Source: an uncultured Bacteroidales bacterium (GTDB taxonomy: Bacteria > Bacteroidota > Bacteroidia > Bacteroidales > Bacteroidaceae). From it: a stretch of 64,000 nt of DNA. Position 1 is the first letter of the stretch, and each line of letters starts with the position of its first letter. The translations under genes and the position numbers were made by a program. The stretch covers positions 29,712 through 93,711 of the forward strand of contig CADBQP010000027.1 in assembly GCA_902796835.1 (NCBI GenBank), read 5' to 3'. The notes under the pieces were generated by a model that saw only the letters and a program-made list of their open reading frames with translations, had not been told where the DNA came from and did no database searches. This document shows positions 52,078 through 62,016 of the stretch, piece by piece.

Positions 52078-53625
52078 CTATTGGGGCGCCATCTTAAAGC
52101 GGAAGGGGACGTTGCAAGTCACAGGCACAGCCTCTCCATTCCTGATGGCCGGTTTGAAACGGGGCATCGACTTGACTACACGCACGGCCTCGCTGTCACA
52201 ATCGGGCGAAAGGCTTTTTGCCACTTGCACATTGCCCACACTACCATCGGTTTCTACTACAAATCTCACTACTACGCTTCCCTCTATGCCTTTTTTCATG
52301 GCCTCGGCAGGATATTGCGTGTGGCTTCCCACAAAAGCCATGAGCGCCTGCATGCCGCCAGGAAATTCCGGAGGCGAGTCGGGCAACCCTTGGGAAGCTT
52401 CGACTGGTTGCTCTACGGCCAGCGGAGCCGTGAGAGCCTGGCACACGCGATCTTGGAAGGCACGCCCAGTGGAGCCTCTTCGCAGCCCGTTGTTGATTAT
52501 CACGAAGCAGAGTTCGTGGCCGTTGGCTGCCGTGCAATAGCCAGCCAGACTGCTCACACCAGCCACGGTGCCTGTCTTGGCCCGCACGTTGAGATAGGCA
52601 CTGCCCGCGGTCATACGACTGCTGAGAGTGCCATCGCTTCCGGCAAGAGGTAGGCTCAGCCGAAACAATGAATAGGCACTCGGCACGGCGTGGACCTTGC
52701 GCAACATGGCGAGCAGGAGCTGAGCCGTAGTATAGTTGTAGAGCGACAGTCCGGAGCCATCGGCCACCTGATAGTGGTCGGGGTCGAAACCCATCTCGGC
52801 AATGACGCTATTAATCTGGCTGGCAGCCTGCTTGCGGCCGGCATAGGGCTGCCCACCAATAGCAGCCAATTGATAGAACATGGATTCAGCCATGTTGTTG
52901 TGGCTGTCTTTCATCATCGGTATGAGCACCTGCTCTAAACCATGACTACGTACACTAACTTCGGCGGCTGAGGCAGGCAGGCTTCCGAAGAGCACATTGC
53001 CCGAAAGGCCAATGCCGGCGGCGGAAAGACTGGCGGCAAAGGTGGGAGCAAAGATATCTTTTCCTTTGTAGAGCAAGGGAGTGAGCGGAGTGGCCTCATC
53101 GTCCCAGCACCATCCCCAGCCCAGCTGCAGAGTGTCCTTCATGGAGACGTCGAGCAGTACGTTGCCGCTGATGCTGTCTATGCCCAGACCTTTCAGCGTA
53201 GCCATGAACGATTGCATGTCATCAGCATCGAAAAGGGGGTCGAAACCTCCGCGCACGCAAACGCTGCCCATGAGCACGGAGTCGGAAATGGAGCCGTCAA
53301 CGTAGAGTCGCGTCACATACTCATAGCCCACACCGAGGCGCATGAGGGCGGCCACGGCGGTTATAATCTTCTGGCACGAAGCCGGACGCATGAGCTGACG
53401 CTCATTGTGCGCATAGAGCATGCAACTGTCGGTGAGGTCGTAGACGCTGATGGCCACTTGCGTACGCTCAAAGACGTCGGACATGAGCAAACTGTCGAGA
53501 CGCGAAGACAGTACGGCGCGCAAATCGGAGCCAACTGCGGGCATTGGCTTCTGGGCTCCGACAGAACTTGCCGACAGCAGCAGCGCACAAAATAGAATGC
53601 GCAGGGAATGGGAGATATTGAGCAT
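52078..53625 (-). CDS. dacB: D-Ala-D-Ala carboxypeptidase/endopeptidase (PBP4, S13) fused to a TonB C-terminal domain
   Basis: Signal peptide; PASCQK, SHN, KTGT; C-terminal PEFPGG...QYP.EA...GIEGSVVVRFVV..DG...EAVRVVKSMPRFKPA. Confidence 0.9.
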   Translation of the reverse strand: MLNISHSLRILFCALLLSASSVGAQKPMPAVGSDLRAVLSSRLDSLLMSDVFERTQVAISVYDLTDSCMLYAHNERQLMRPASCQKIITAVAALMRLGVGYEYVTRLYVDGSISDSVLMGSVCVRGGFDPLFDADDMQSFMATLKGLGIDSISGNVLLDVSMKDTLQLGWGWCWDDEATPLTPLLYKGKDIFAPTFAASLSAAGIGLSGNVLFGSLPASAAEVSVRSHGLEQVLIPMMKDSHNNMAESMFYQLAAIGGQPYAGRKQAASQINSVIAEMGFDPDHYQVADGSGLSLYNYTTAQLLLAMLRKVHAVPSAYSLFRLSLPLAGSDGTLSSRMTAGSAYLNVRAKTGTVAGVSSLAGYCTAANGHELCFVIINNGLRRGSTGRAFQDRVCQALTAPLAVEQPVEASQGLPDSPPEFPGGMQALMAFVGSHTQYPAEAMKKGIEGSVVVRFVVETDGSVGNVQVAKSLSPDCDSEAVRVVKSMPRFKPAIRNGEAVPVTCNVPFRFKMAPQ

Positions 53626-53647
53626 CTTATGAATAGCGTGAGGTTAT

Positions 53648-53698
53648 AAAAAAAACGAAAAGTGAGACATGCGCATTCATGTGGGCACCACTCACTTT
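53648..53698 (-). terminator. Probable terminator after the skp genes
   Basis: AAAGTGAG/CTCACTTT stem followed by a T-run on minus strand. Confidence 0.55.
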
Positions 53699-53722
53699 CC
53701 GTTAGCCTAATGACGGCTTAGC

Positions 53723-54319
53723 TTAGCGCTGACCTTGCTGTTGTTGCTGGCGCTGTGCTTCTTGCTGCAACTGGGCGGCAAAGGCTTTACCTGCCTGTAT
53801 GTCGGCTGCAGTCACACCAAGTTTGTCTTGAATTTTCTTGGTTACGTCCTCGCTCAGGCTCTCGTTGATGAAGATGCCGGCCTGCTGGGCGGCAGAGCGG
53901 TCGAGAATGTAGGTGTAGCCTCCCTCGGTGGCCAGAGCATTTACTGCATCGAGTACACGCTGTACGAGGGGCTGCATCTTTTGACTTTGCTGCTGCGACA
54001 GGGCATTGGCATTGTCTTGCTGAGCCTGCTGGAAACGCTCCTGCAGTTGCTGCAACTCTTGCTCGGCACGCTGACGAATCACAGGGAGGGTTTCGTCCGT
54101 GATTTCCTTGCGATATTTTTCGAGTTTGGTCTGATATTCCTTAGCCATCTCTTCCAAGCTGTCGTCATATTGCTTCGAAACGGCCTGAAGCTCAGTATAG
54201 GCAGCACGATAGCCAGGGAGCGACTGCATTACGTCGCCATAGTTGAAGGTTGCAAACTTCTGTGCAAACAGACTCATGGGTGCCAAGAGGAGCACCAGCA
54301 TTAAGATTTTCTTTGTCAT
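53723..54319 (-). CDS. Skp/OmpH periplasmic chaperone (copy 2)
   Basis: Signal peptide, AQKFATFN, coiled coil, YTYILD...DVT. Confidence 0.88.
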   Translation of the reverse strand: MTKKILMLVLLLAPMSLFAQKFATFNYGDVMQSLPGYRAAYTELQAVSKQYDDSLEEMAKEYQTKLEKYRKEITDETLPVIRQRAEQELQQLQERFQQAQQDNANALSQQQSQKMQPLVQRVLDAVNALATEGGYTYILDRSAAQQAGIFINESLSEDVTKKIQDKLGVTAADIQAGKAFAAQLQQEAQRQQQQQGQR

Positions 54320-54364
54320 GATTGTGTATAAGTGTTTATTGGTTTATGCATTAAAATGTCGGCG

Positions 54365-54372
54365 CAAAAATA
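54365..54372 (-). promoter_or_regulatory. Internal -7 promoter element before the second skp
   Basis: TATTTTTG 45 nt upstream of the ATG. Confidence 0.5.
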
Positions 54373-54477
54373 ACACAAATAATTGACTTCTCCCCGCCTT
54401 GTTCACACATTTTAGCGACGGGGCAAGGCTTGTAAGTTTTTTTTAACGCTGCGGGCGTTGCTAAACAAGGTGGTCGG

Positions 54478-54996
54478 TTAGCGCACTGTGTAGCCCATCT
54501 TTTGGAGCACTTCGTTGCTAATGTCGATGCTGGGCGAGGCAAAGATAACTCCGCTGTCGGATGCACGGTCGATGATGAGCTGGAAATTTTTGGACTGAGC
54601 AATCGACTTGACAGCGTTGTATATATCGGTTTGAATGGGCTCTATGAGCGAAATGCGCTTCTTATAGAGTTCGCCCTGGGGGGCAAAATATTTTTTGCGC
54701 AAATCGGTGGCCTCTTTTTCTTTATCGATGATGGCCTGCTCGCGAGCCTTTTTTTGCTCGGCCGTGAGGAAAGGCGCTTCGTCTTGATAGTTTTTATAGA
54801 GTGTTTTGGCCTCGTTTTCTATGGCCTCAACTTCGGCTTGCCATTTGCGCGAAGTCTGGTTAAGCTGCTCATTGGCCTGCTCGTAGGCAGGGATGTTGCT
54901 CATGATGTATTCCATGTCGACGAGGGCAAACTTTTGAGCCTGTACACTGAGCCCCATAAGGGTCAGAAGAGCGGTGGAAAGAAATGTTTTTTTCAT
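54478..54996 (-). CDS. Skp/OmpH periplasmic chaperone (copy 1)
   Basis: AQKFALVDMEYI...IIDRAS..VIFASP.IDIS. Confidence 0.92.
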   Translation of the reverse strand: MKKTFLSTALLTLMGLSVQAQKFALVDMEYIMSNIPAYEQANEQLNQTSRKWQAEVEAIENEAKTLYKNYQDEAPFLTAEQKKAREQAIIDKEKEATDLRKKYFAPQGELYKKRISLIEPIQTDIYNAVKSIAQSKNFQLIIDRASDSGVIFASPSIDISNEVLQKMGYTVR

Positions 54997-55017
54997 AGGT
55001 TGATTATTTTCTTGGGG

Positions 55018-57657
55018 TTAGAATTCGCGTCCGATAATGAAGTGGAACTGACTTCCTCCTGCACTGACATTGTTTATGCGCTTCTGGAAGCCATAGGCCC
55101 AGTCGATGCCCATGAGTCCCACCATAGGCAGAAGCACTCGTACGCCCACTCCTGCCGAGCGCTTCATGTCAAAGGGATTAAAGTTCTTGACATTGGCCCA
55201 TGCATTTCCGCCCTCGAGGAAGCCAAGGACATAGATGCTGGTTTGGTCCAGCATGAGAGGATAGCGCAGTTCAAGCGTCATGCGGCTATATGCATAGGCA
55301 TTCTGAGTAGCATTGCCTGCCAACGAACCGTTATCGTATCCACGCAGTCCTATGGTTTCGGTGGCATAGCCCGATGTGTAGCCCGACATTCCGTCGCCAC
55401 CCACATAGTAGGTCTCGAACGGCGATTTGTTGTATTTGTTGTAGGAGCCCAGTAGTCCAAACTCTGTGCGCGTCATCAAAACCGGGGCCTTCACTGCCGA
55501 TGTCAGGGCGGTATAAGTTTTCAGGCTGAATTTCCATTTGTGGTACTCTATCCAGCGGTATTTCTCCTGAGCTTCTTTCTGATAATTGGCACTCTGGTAG
55601 TTCGTGGCAAGGTTCTTATAGTCCTTCCCGTCCCAAAGCGAATAGGGTGGAGTGAGTGTGACAGACATTCCAAACTCGGAGCCGCTGCGCGGATAGAAAG
55701 GATGGTCAATCGAAGTGCGGCTCAGCGAAAGTGTGAGGTTCACATTATTGCAGTTTCCGTCGGATATTATGAAATACTGCCATGACTTCAGCATGTATCG
55801 CGTATAGCTCAATTCAGCCACAAACTGGAAGTGGTCGTCGGGCCAGCGCAGGCGCTTACCGTAGGCTACCGAGAAACCGAAGGTTTGATAGTATTTGTCG
55901 GGGTCGTAATAGTTAGTGTAATTATAATAGTTGCTAGTTCCCGTGCCGTAAAGGTAATTGTAGTAGTTTTGGTAGTAATTGTTGTTGTAGTAGCCCGAAG
56001 CCACGTCGGTCATCTTCGAATAATACATCGACACCGAGAACTGGTTGGGGCGCTTTCCTCCGAACCATGGGTCAAGGAACTGAATGGAATACTGCTGGTA
56101 GTAGTCGCCATTACTTTGTCCGCTTATGGAGAGAGTTTGCCCGTCGCCTTGAGGAAGGAAACCAAAGTGGCGGTTTCCACGCCCAAAGAGATTGCGCATG
56201 GAGAAGTTTGTAAACTTCAGGCCAATGCGGCCTACGATACCCGTCTGGCCCCATCCTGCAGAGAGTTCCACCTGGTCGCCGCCCTTGGTGGTGAGCGGAT
56301 AGGTTATGTCTACAGTTCCGTTGCGCTTATCAGGCTTAATGCCATCGTTGAGATCGCGCGCCAAAGCCTCAGGGTCAAACTGGTTCAGATTGGAAAGCTC
56401 GCGCACAGAGCGCTTGATAGACTCCATGCTGAACAGGTCGCCAGGCTTTGTATAGAGTTCGCGGCGAACTACGTCTTCATACACCCTGTCGTTTCCCGTG
56501 ATGCGAACACGATTGAACGTAGCCTGCTTGCCCTCTACAATGCGCATTTCCAAATCTACGGAATCGCCCACTACATTCACCTCAACGGGAGTAAGACGAT
56601 AAAACACGTAGCCGTTGTCATAATAAGAGTTGCCGATAGCATCTTCGTCGGAAGTGAGACGCTCCTGCAACAAGGTCTGGTTATAAACATCGCCCTTCTG
56701 CATCTTGAGCGCCTTGTCTAGGTCCTCGGTGCGATAAACTGTATTTCCCACCCACGAGATGTTTCGAATATAATACTTCTGCCCTTCATAAAGGTCGAGA
56801 TATATGTCTACATGCGAATCGTCAATGTTTACCACGCTGTCTTTCAACAAGAGAGCATCGCGATATCCCCATTGGTTCATGCGTTCAATGACCTTTCCTT
56901 TGTCCTCTTCATATTTTTCGGGAATGAATTTCTTGGAACGCAAAAAGTTTTTGAAAGTATTTTCGCGCGTCTTTTTCATCGCGGACTTCAGTTTCTTAGC
57001 CTCTTTCGGCGTTACGCCTGAAACATATATGCGATGAACTTTGATTTTTTCGCTCTTATTAATGTTGATGTCAACCAGCACTTTGTTGTTGGCCGTCACA
57101 TCTTCACGCTGCACGATATCAACACTTGCATTCTTGAATCCTTTTTCCTCGAAATAGCGCTTAATGATGCGTTCGGCCCTGTCTACAATATCGGGAGTTA
57201 TTTGGTTTCCAACGTGAAGGTTTCCAAGTCGTGCCTCAATATCTTCACGCTCCGACTTCTTTACTCCGGTATAGGTGATACTCGAGATTTGGGGCTGCGA
57301 AGTGAGGCGAAAATGCAAGTATATGGTATTGCCTATGATGCTGTCGGACCATACCTCTACGTTTGAGCACAATCCGCGACGCCAATAGTTTCGAATGGCT
57401 TCACTTATCTCAACTCCAGGCACTTCATATACATTGCCAATAACGAGATTAGAGATGTTCAGAAGAAATTCCTCGTCGTACCCGGCAATACCGTCAATGT
57501 TTATGCCACCAAGCACATATTTGGCGGCTTTGTTGGTGTAGGCAAATTGCTCGGTTGGCGCTGGTTCTTCGTTTTGTGCGGCAACAGGAAGACAAGCGAG
57601 CATAATGGCGGCCACTGCGAGCCAATGATGAATCTTCTTGATATATCTTGAATTCAT
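55018..57657 (-). CDS. bamA: Outer-membrane protein assembly factor BamA
   Basis: POTRA repeats, IGLRGY, terminal FHFIIGREF; uppS-bamA-skp synteny. Confidence 0.95.
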   Translation of the reverse strand: MNSRYIKKIHHWLAVAAIMLACLPVAAQNEEPAPTEQFAYTNKAAKYVLGGINIDGIAGYDEEFLLNISNLVIGNVYEVPGVEISEAIRNYWRRGLCSNVEVWSDSIIGNTIYLHFRLTSQPQISSITYTGVKKSEREDIEARLGNLHVGNQITPDIVDRAERIIKRYFEEKGFKNASVDIVQREDVTANNKVLVDININKSEKIKVHRIYVSGVTPKEAKKLKSAMKKTRENTFKNFLRSKKFIPEKYEEDKGKVIERMNQWGYRDALLLKDSVVNIDDSHVDIYLDLYEGQKYYIRNISWVGNTVYRTEDLDKALKMQKGDVYNQTLLQERLTSDEDAIGNSYYDNGYVFYRLTPVEVNVVGDSVDLEMRIVEGKQATFNRVRITGNDRVYEDVVRRELYTKPGDLFSMESIKRSVRELSNLNQFDPEALARDLNDGIKPDKRNGTVDITYPLTTKGGDQVELSAGWGQTGIVGRIGLKFTNFSMRNLFGRGNRHFGFLPQGDGQTLSISGQSNGDYYQQYSIQFLDPWFGGKRPNQFSVSMYYSKMTDVASGYYNNNYYQNYYNYLYGTGTSNYYNYTNYYDPDKYYQTFGFSVAYGKRLRWPDDHFQFVAELSYTRYMLKSWQYFIISDGNCNNVNLTLSLSRTSIDHPFYPRSGSEFGMSVTLTPPYSLWDGKDYKNLATNYQSANYQKEAQEKYRWIEYHKWKFSLKTYTALTSAVKAPVLMTRTEFGLLGSYNKYNKSPFETYYVGGDGMSGYTSGYATETIGLRGYDNGSLAGNATQNAYAYSRMTLELRYPLMLDQTSIYVLGFLEGGNAWANVKNFNPFDMKRSAGVGVRVLLPMVGLMGIDWAYGFQKRINNVSAGGSQFHFIIGREF

Positions 57658-57702
57658 TTTATTATATAGTGTATCCTATCGGAAAGCCGACAGGCTTAGG
57701 GT

Positions 57703-58446
57703 TTAGGCTTTGGAGACTTGTTCGCTGGTTTTTCCGTAGCGACGCTCGCGCTGTTGGAAGTCGTAAATTGCTTTATAAAATTCTTCTTCGTCAAAGTCGG
57801 GCCAATAGGTGTCGCAGAAATAGAACTCTGAATAGGCACATTGCCACAACAGATAGTTACTCAGTCGCTGCTCACCTCCGGTGCGAATAAGCAGGTCGGG
57901 GTCGGGCATGAAGTTGGTGGAAAGGGCTGCTTCGATATCATCTTCGGTTACGTCGGCTGGCCGAAGTTCTCCTTTTTCCACTCGCCTGCAGATTTGCTGA
58001 ACGGCATTGGTAATTTCCCACTTCGACGAGTAACTCAAGGCAATGATCTGAACCAGTCCCGTATTCTTGGCCGTGTGATCCACACATCGTTCAATGCTCT
58101 TTCTCACCGTTTCGGGCAAACGGGCCGTATCACCTATGATGCGCAACCGCACATTGTTTTTCATGTAGAGGCTTTCCTCGAGCGAGGTTAGAATAAGCGA
58201 CATGAGGGCCTCCACCTCTTCAGTAGGCCGATTCCAGTTCTCGGTAGAGAATGCATAGAGTGTAAGGTACTTTATCCCGAGCTGCGAAGCGGCTTCTGTT
58301 ATCTTGTGAACAGTTTCCACTCCTTGCTGATGGCCTAAGCTGCGCGACATCCCACGCTCTTTTGCCCATCGGCCGTTGCCATCCATGATAATGGCCACGT
58401 GACGGGGTATGCGCTCTGCATTGAGAAGGTCTTTATAATTAGGCAT
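57703..58446 (-). CDS. uppS: Undecaprenyl diphosphate synthase
   Basis: [36 protein letters not shown]. Confidence 0.97.
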   Translation of the reverse strand: MPNYKDLLNAERIPRHVAIIMDGNGRWAKERGMSRSLGHQQGVETVHKITEAASQLGIKYLTLYAFSTENWNRPTEEVEALMSLILTSLEESLYMKNNVRLRIIGDTARLPETVRKSIERCVDHTAKNTGLVQIIALSYSSKWEITNAVQQICRRVEKGELRPADVTEDDIEAALSTNFMPDPDLLIRTGGEQRLSNYLLWQCAYSEFYFCDTYWPDFDEEEFYKAIYDFQQRERRYGKTSEQVSKA

Positions 58447-58491
58447 GACGCTATTCTTCGTTTTATTCTTTTGGCTTTCGTTATGATTTGC

Positions 58492-59196
58492 TCACCATTC
58501 GTCCTTATTGCAGGTGGGACACTTTTCTGAGAAACTATAGGTGAGTGTAAACAATGCCACGTTGTAATGGTCTTTGTTTTTGAACATTTGAGATTTGATG
58601 CCGTGTGGCGCCTCAAGCCCTTCGAGTTTGTCGCTCGTAGTGAAATGCATGCGCCACTCAAAACCCAGATTCAGGCGCGGAGCCACGCGATATTTTAGGC
58701 CAAAGCCCAAGGGTATGGTAGGAGCAAAGGCTTTCCCTTTACTTGAATACACAGCGCCCAGTCCTAACTGCAGATAGGGCACGAGACGATGTAGGCCTTG
58801 ATAGCCCTTATAATATCCATAGGGCAGGAAGTGGAGTTCGTAGAGCGCGCTGAGATCGATGAGAGAGGTGCTGAACTCATATTGCAATCGGTCTGAGCCT
58901 GCTTGCCCCACCACTGCGGGCATGAAATCGTCCACATTCTTGGTGTTTCCCGAAAGACTGGCATATCCCAACGAGAGTTTCACGGCTGAACGGCGATTGA
59001 TGACGTAGCGAAAGGTGCCGCTGCCTTGAAAACCAGGCTGACCGAAAAGTTTTGTATTGGCATCGTTCACACCAAACAGTCCGCCGAGACCGCCACCTAT
59101 CTCCATGGTATACTCGGCATCTTCTTGTGCCATAGCAGGCAGCAGGGGAAGAAAACTAAATAATATTAATATTATATGGTGTGAAAGCTTCTTCAT
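58492..59196 (-). CDS. Outer-membrane beta-barrel, PorG/DUF6089-like
   Basis: Signal peptide, EIGGGLG, alternating beta-strand pattern, SDKLEG; position directly upstream of uppS. Confidence 0.7.
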   Translation of the reverse strand: MKKLSHHIILILFSFLPLLPAMAQEDAEYTMEIGGGLGGLFGVNDANTKLFGQPGFQGSGTFRYVINRRSAVKLSLGYASLSGNTKNVDDFMPAVVGQAGSDRLQYEFSTSLIDLSALYELHFLPYGYYKGYQGLHRLVPYLQLGLGAVYSSKGKAFAPTIPLGFGLKYRVAPRLNLGFEWRMHFTTSDKLEGLEAPHGIKSQMFKNKDHYNVALFTLTYSFSEKCPTCNKDEW

Positions 59197-60584
59197 TATT
59201 TTCGGGGCTTCTTATAGACGGCGGGCATGTTGTCCCAACCCATTTTGTAGGGACGTCCACGCCACACTTGCCCGCTTCCGCCGCAACATATCCAAATGTA
59301 GTTTTCGCCGTCAACCAAGACACTCAGGCTGTTAGCAGCATCGGCTTGGACCGGCAGCATGTTGCTTGCCTGTGTCCACTGGCGTCCATAGTCGTTCGAC
59401 GCGTAAGGTTGTTCCAGCCCTCCCTCGGCATTCAAACCATAGAGTCGCACTTCGCCGTCGTAGGCTATGAGCGAGGTATGGGCGAGCGAAACAGGATAGG
59501 GCTTCGCCACATCGGAGTTTTGCGGCAGGTAGTTCCAATCAAAGATGTTTATTCCTTTCTGGTCTACATCGCGTTTCCACACTGCAGCCTCACCCCCCGA
59601 GAGCCCTGCCAGGACTAGACACGTGTAGTTTGAGTTGGTGCGTGAGGGCAGGCTCACTACAGCCAGCGGGCTGTTAGGTAGGGGGGCATCTTCGTCAAGG
59701 GGCTGTTCCTCCCAGGTGCTTCCGTCGGAAGACGCATAGAGCTTTCCTTCCGAGACTGCCAGCATTTGATTGCCGACCACTGCCAGCGCCTCAAAGGGGA
59801 CTGGAGCCGTGGCTGCTGTCCAATTGACGGCGTCGGTCGAGGTTTGCAAGTTTCCGCTGCTGCTGAGCGCATAGTATTGTGTTCCCATTGCCACCACGCT
59901 TTCTACGTTGATGTCGGTCGCACCCAATGGCGTACGCATCCATTCTGGCGACGAAGTGGCTTGAGCAGTAAGCACCACGGGCACTGCGCCCTCCATTCCA
60001 AAAATGGCAAGTGTAGAACCGCAAAGAGCAGCCTTCACATTCGAAAGGGCTGCCAGCTCAGGCACTGTGGCGGCAACGGGCCAAGCATATTCTTCGCCGT
60101 TTTGCTGATGAACGTTGATTTCAACTTTGTAAGGGCGCTCCACATAGCCTTCTTCCGTAAAGGCATATACTGTCACCGTGCGCGGTGCACTAAAGTCGGT
60201 GCTGTCGGTCAGTACGAATGTGGTGTCGTTTCCGGTTGTGAGCGACTTGATAGCCATTATGGCGCCTACATATGAAAAGTCTGTAAACACCACCTTTTGG
60301 GCATCGGTGCCTACGGGAAGGGAGTCGGCGTTGTAAATGCGCCCTGCCGTCTGGTCGATGTGCATGGGATAGAGTGAGCCTACGATTGAGGCATAATAGA
60401 GACTGTCTGCACCGCTGTCGGTTGTGGCATGGCGCAGGCAGCGAAGGGAACCCAGGGTCACGTTCGACACATAGGCTGCCTGCGTATATTCGGAGTCATC
60501 GCTGCTGCTTGTACTACACGATGCCAGGCCTGCCACGAGCAGCAGGAGGGCTAACCAGGACAGACCTGAATAATGTTGCTTCAT
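59196..60584 (-). CDS. Predicted surface lipoprotein (DUF6242-like)
   Basis: Lipobox LASC followed by S/D/E-rich export-like signal; IYNADSLPVGT; W-containing repeats. Confidence 0.7.
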   Translation of the reverse strand: MKQHYSGLSWLALLLLVAGLASCSTSSSDDSEYTQAAYVSNVTLGSLRCLRHATTDSGADSLYYASIVGSLYPMHIDQTAGRIYNADSLPVGTDAQKVVFTDFSYVGAIMAIKSLTTGNDTTFVLTDSTDFSAPRTVTVYAFTEEGYVERPYKVEINVHQQNGEEYAWPVAATVPELAALSNVKAALCGSTLAIFGMEGAVPVVLTAQATSSPEWMRTPLGATDINVESVVAMGTQYYALSSSGNLQTSTDAVNWTAATAPVPFEALAVVGNQMLAVSEGKLYASSDGSTWEEQPLDEDAPLPNSPLAVVSLPSRTNSNYTCLVLAGLSGGEAAVWKRDVDQKGINIFDWNYLPQNSDVAKPYPVSLAHTSLIAYDGEVRLYGLNAEGGLEQPYASNDYGRQWTQASNMLPVQADAANSLSVLVDGENYIWICCGGSGQVWRGRPYKMGWDNMPAVYKKPRK

Positions 60585-60649
60585 AGGTTTATTTTTCTTC
60601 GTGGGCGATTTGCTATGCCTTGCATAGGGTCGCACTTCTCATTAACGCG

Positions 60650-60657
60650 CAAAAATA
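60650..60657 (-). promoter_or_regulatory. -7 promoter element, lipoprotein-porG-uppS-bamA-skp operon
   Basis: TATTTTTG. Confidence 0.55.
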
Positions 60658-60848
60658 CGACATTTTTCTGAACTTAGGGTAAATTCTGCGGCTTTTTATG
60701 CACGCAAGGCTTGTTTCCGAGGGTTTTTGCAGCGCCTCGCAAAGTGCTCATCCCTATTATGGGTTGCCCATTACGATGCAACTCCCACCGAGCTGCCACC
60801 CGATGGGAGTTGTCTTTTCCATGTCTGCCAGGGGGGCTTAAGTCTCGA

Positions 60849-61715
60849 TTATTGGTCGGCCGGCGCCTGGTCGATAAGCTCCATGAACTGGTCGAGCTTT
60901 GGCGTAATGATGATTTGTGTGCGGCGGTTGCGCTGCTTGCCCCGCTCGCTGTCGTTGGCGGCCACGGGATTATACTCCCCACGTCCGGCAGCTGTGAGCC
61001 GCTTGGGGTCTACACCATAGCGCGTTTGCAGCTCCTGCACCACACTCGAGGCTCTCAGGGCGCTGAGGTCCCAGTTGTTGCGAATGTTGGGGCGGCTGAT
61101 GGGCACATCGTCGGTGTTGCCTTCTACCAGCACCTCGTAGTCCTTATAGTCGGTGATGATCTTGGCAATTTTCGAGAGGGTTTCGCCTGCACGGGGGCCT
61201 ATTTCGTAGGAACCGCTCTTATAGAGCATGTTGTCGGCCAGCGAAATGTAAACCACGCCCTTGAGCACTTGTACATCGACGTCCTGCATCTCGTCGCGGG
61301 TGAGCGAACGGGTGAGTTTGTTGGTAAGGGCCTGGTTGAGCGAGTCGCTCTTCGACTTAGCCTCAACGAGTTGCTTGATGAATTTGTTGGATGCGTTGAT
61401 TTCGTCTACGAGCTTGGAGATGTTCACCTGGCCTTTTTCCACATTGCGGTTGTACGACTTCATCAGGTTGGCATATTGCGCCTGAAGGTCTTTGTTGCGC
61501 TGCTGCTCCTCGGCCAGCCGTGCTGCCAAACTCTTGCTTTCGCTTGTATATTCGGCGATTTTAATCTTGGCATCGCTCAGGCTGTTGCTGAGCTCGCCCT
61601 TTTCGGTGAGCAGGCGGTCGTAGTTGCTTTGAAGCTCGGCATACTTTTGTTTGCTCACACAGCTGGTAGTGAGCATCGCGGTCATTGCTACCGCGAGCAT
61701 GAGTATTTTCTTCAT
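60849..61715 (-). CDS. OmpA/MotB-family peptidoglycan-binding lipoprotein with coiled coil
   Basis: Lipobox TTSC; VEGNTDD, NWDLSALRA, GRGEYNP, NRRTQI. Confidence 0.9.
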   Translation of the reverse strand: MKKILMLAVAMTAMLTTSCVSKQKYAELQSNYDRLLTEKGELSNSLSDAKIKIAEYTSESKSLAARLAEEQQRNKDLQAQYANLMKSYNRNVEKGQVNISKLVDEINASNKFIKQLVEAKSKSDSLNQALTNKLTRSLTRDEMQDVDVQVLKGVVYISLADNMLYKSGSYEIGPRAGETLSKIAKIITDYKDYEVLVEGNTDDVPISRPNIRNNWDLSALRASSVVQELQTRYGVDPKRLTAAGRGEYNPVAANDSERGKQRNRRTQIIITPKLDQFMELIDQAPADQ

Positions 61716-61921
61716 GTGTTTCATGTTGTTTCTCAGTTTTAGTGATACATGTGCACTGCCTATTGGCGTGCTTTAACTATCTTTCGTGGGCGAAGTTAGG
61801 CAAATTGACGCGAGGAGGAAAAATTTTTCAGTAATATTAGCGTTTGAAGCGGCCTTTTTGCAATATTTAAGCATGTGGGGCGAGACGGTCCGCAGTTTTT
61901 CACGAAAGGACGGTGCCTGAA

Positions 61922-61983
61922 AAGAAAGAGTTGGCTCAACAGTTTAAACTGTCGGGCCAACTCTTTCTTCTGTCGGGCACATA
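61922..61983. repeat. 21-bp-period repeat copy 5 (3 units; 48-bp hairpin)
   Basis: AGTTGGCTCAACA-GTTTAAAC-TGTCGGGCCAACT-CTTTCTTC-TGTCGGGCACATA. Confidence 0.85.
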
Positions 61984-62016
61984 GTTTTATCAGACATCCT
62001 TGCTGATTTTCCTAGC

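Noticed and set aside
60779-60812. CAACTCCCA/TGGGAGTTG hairpin with a T-run on the plus strand, suggesting an sRNA
   Set aside because: No convincing plus-strand promoter; more simply the 3' stem of the ompA-family gene
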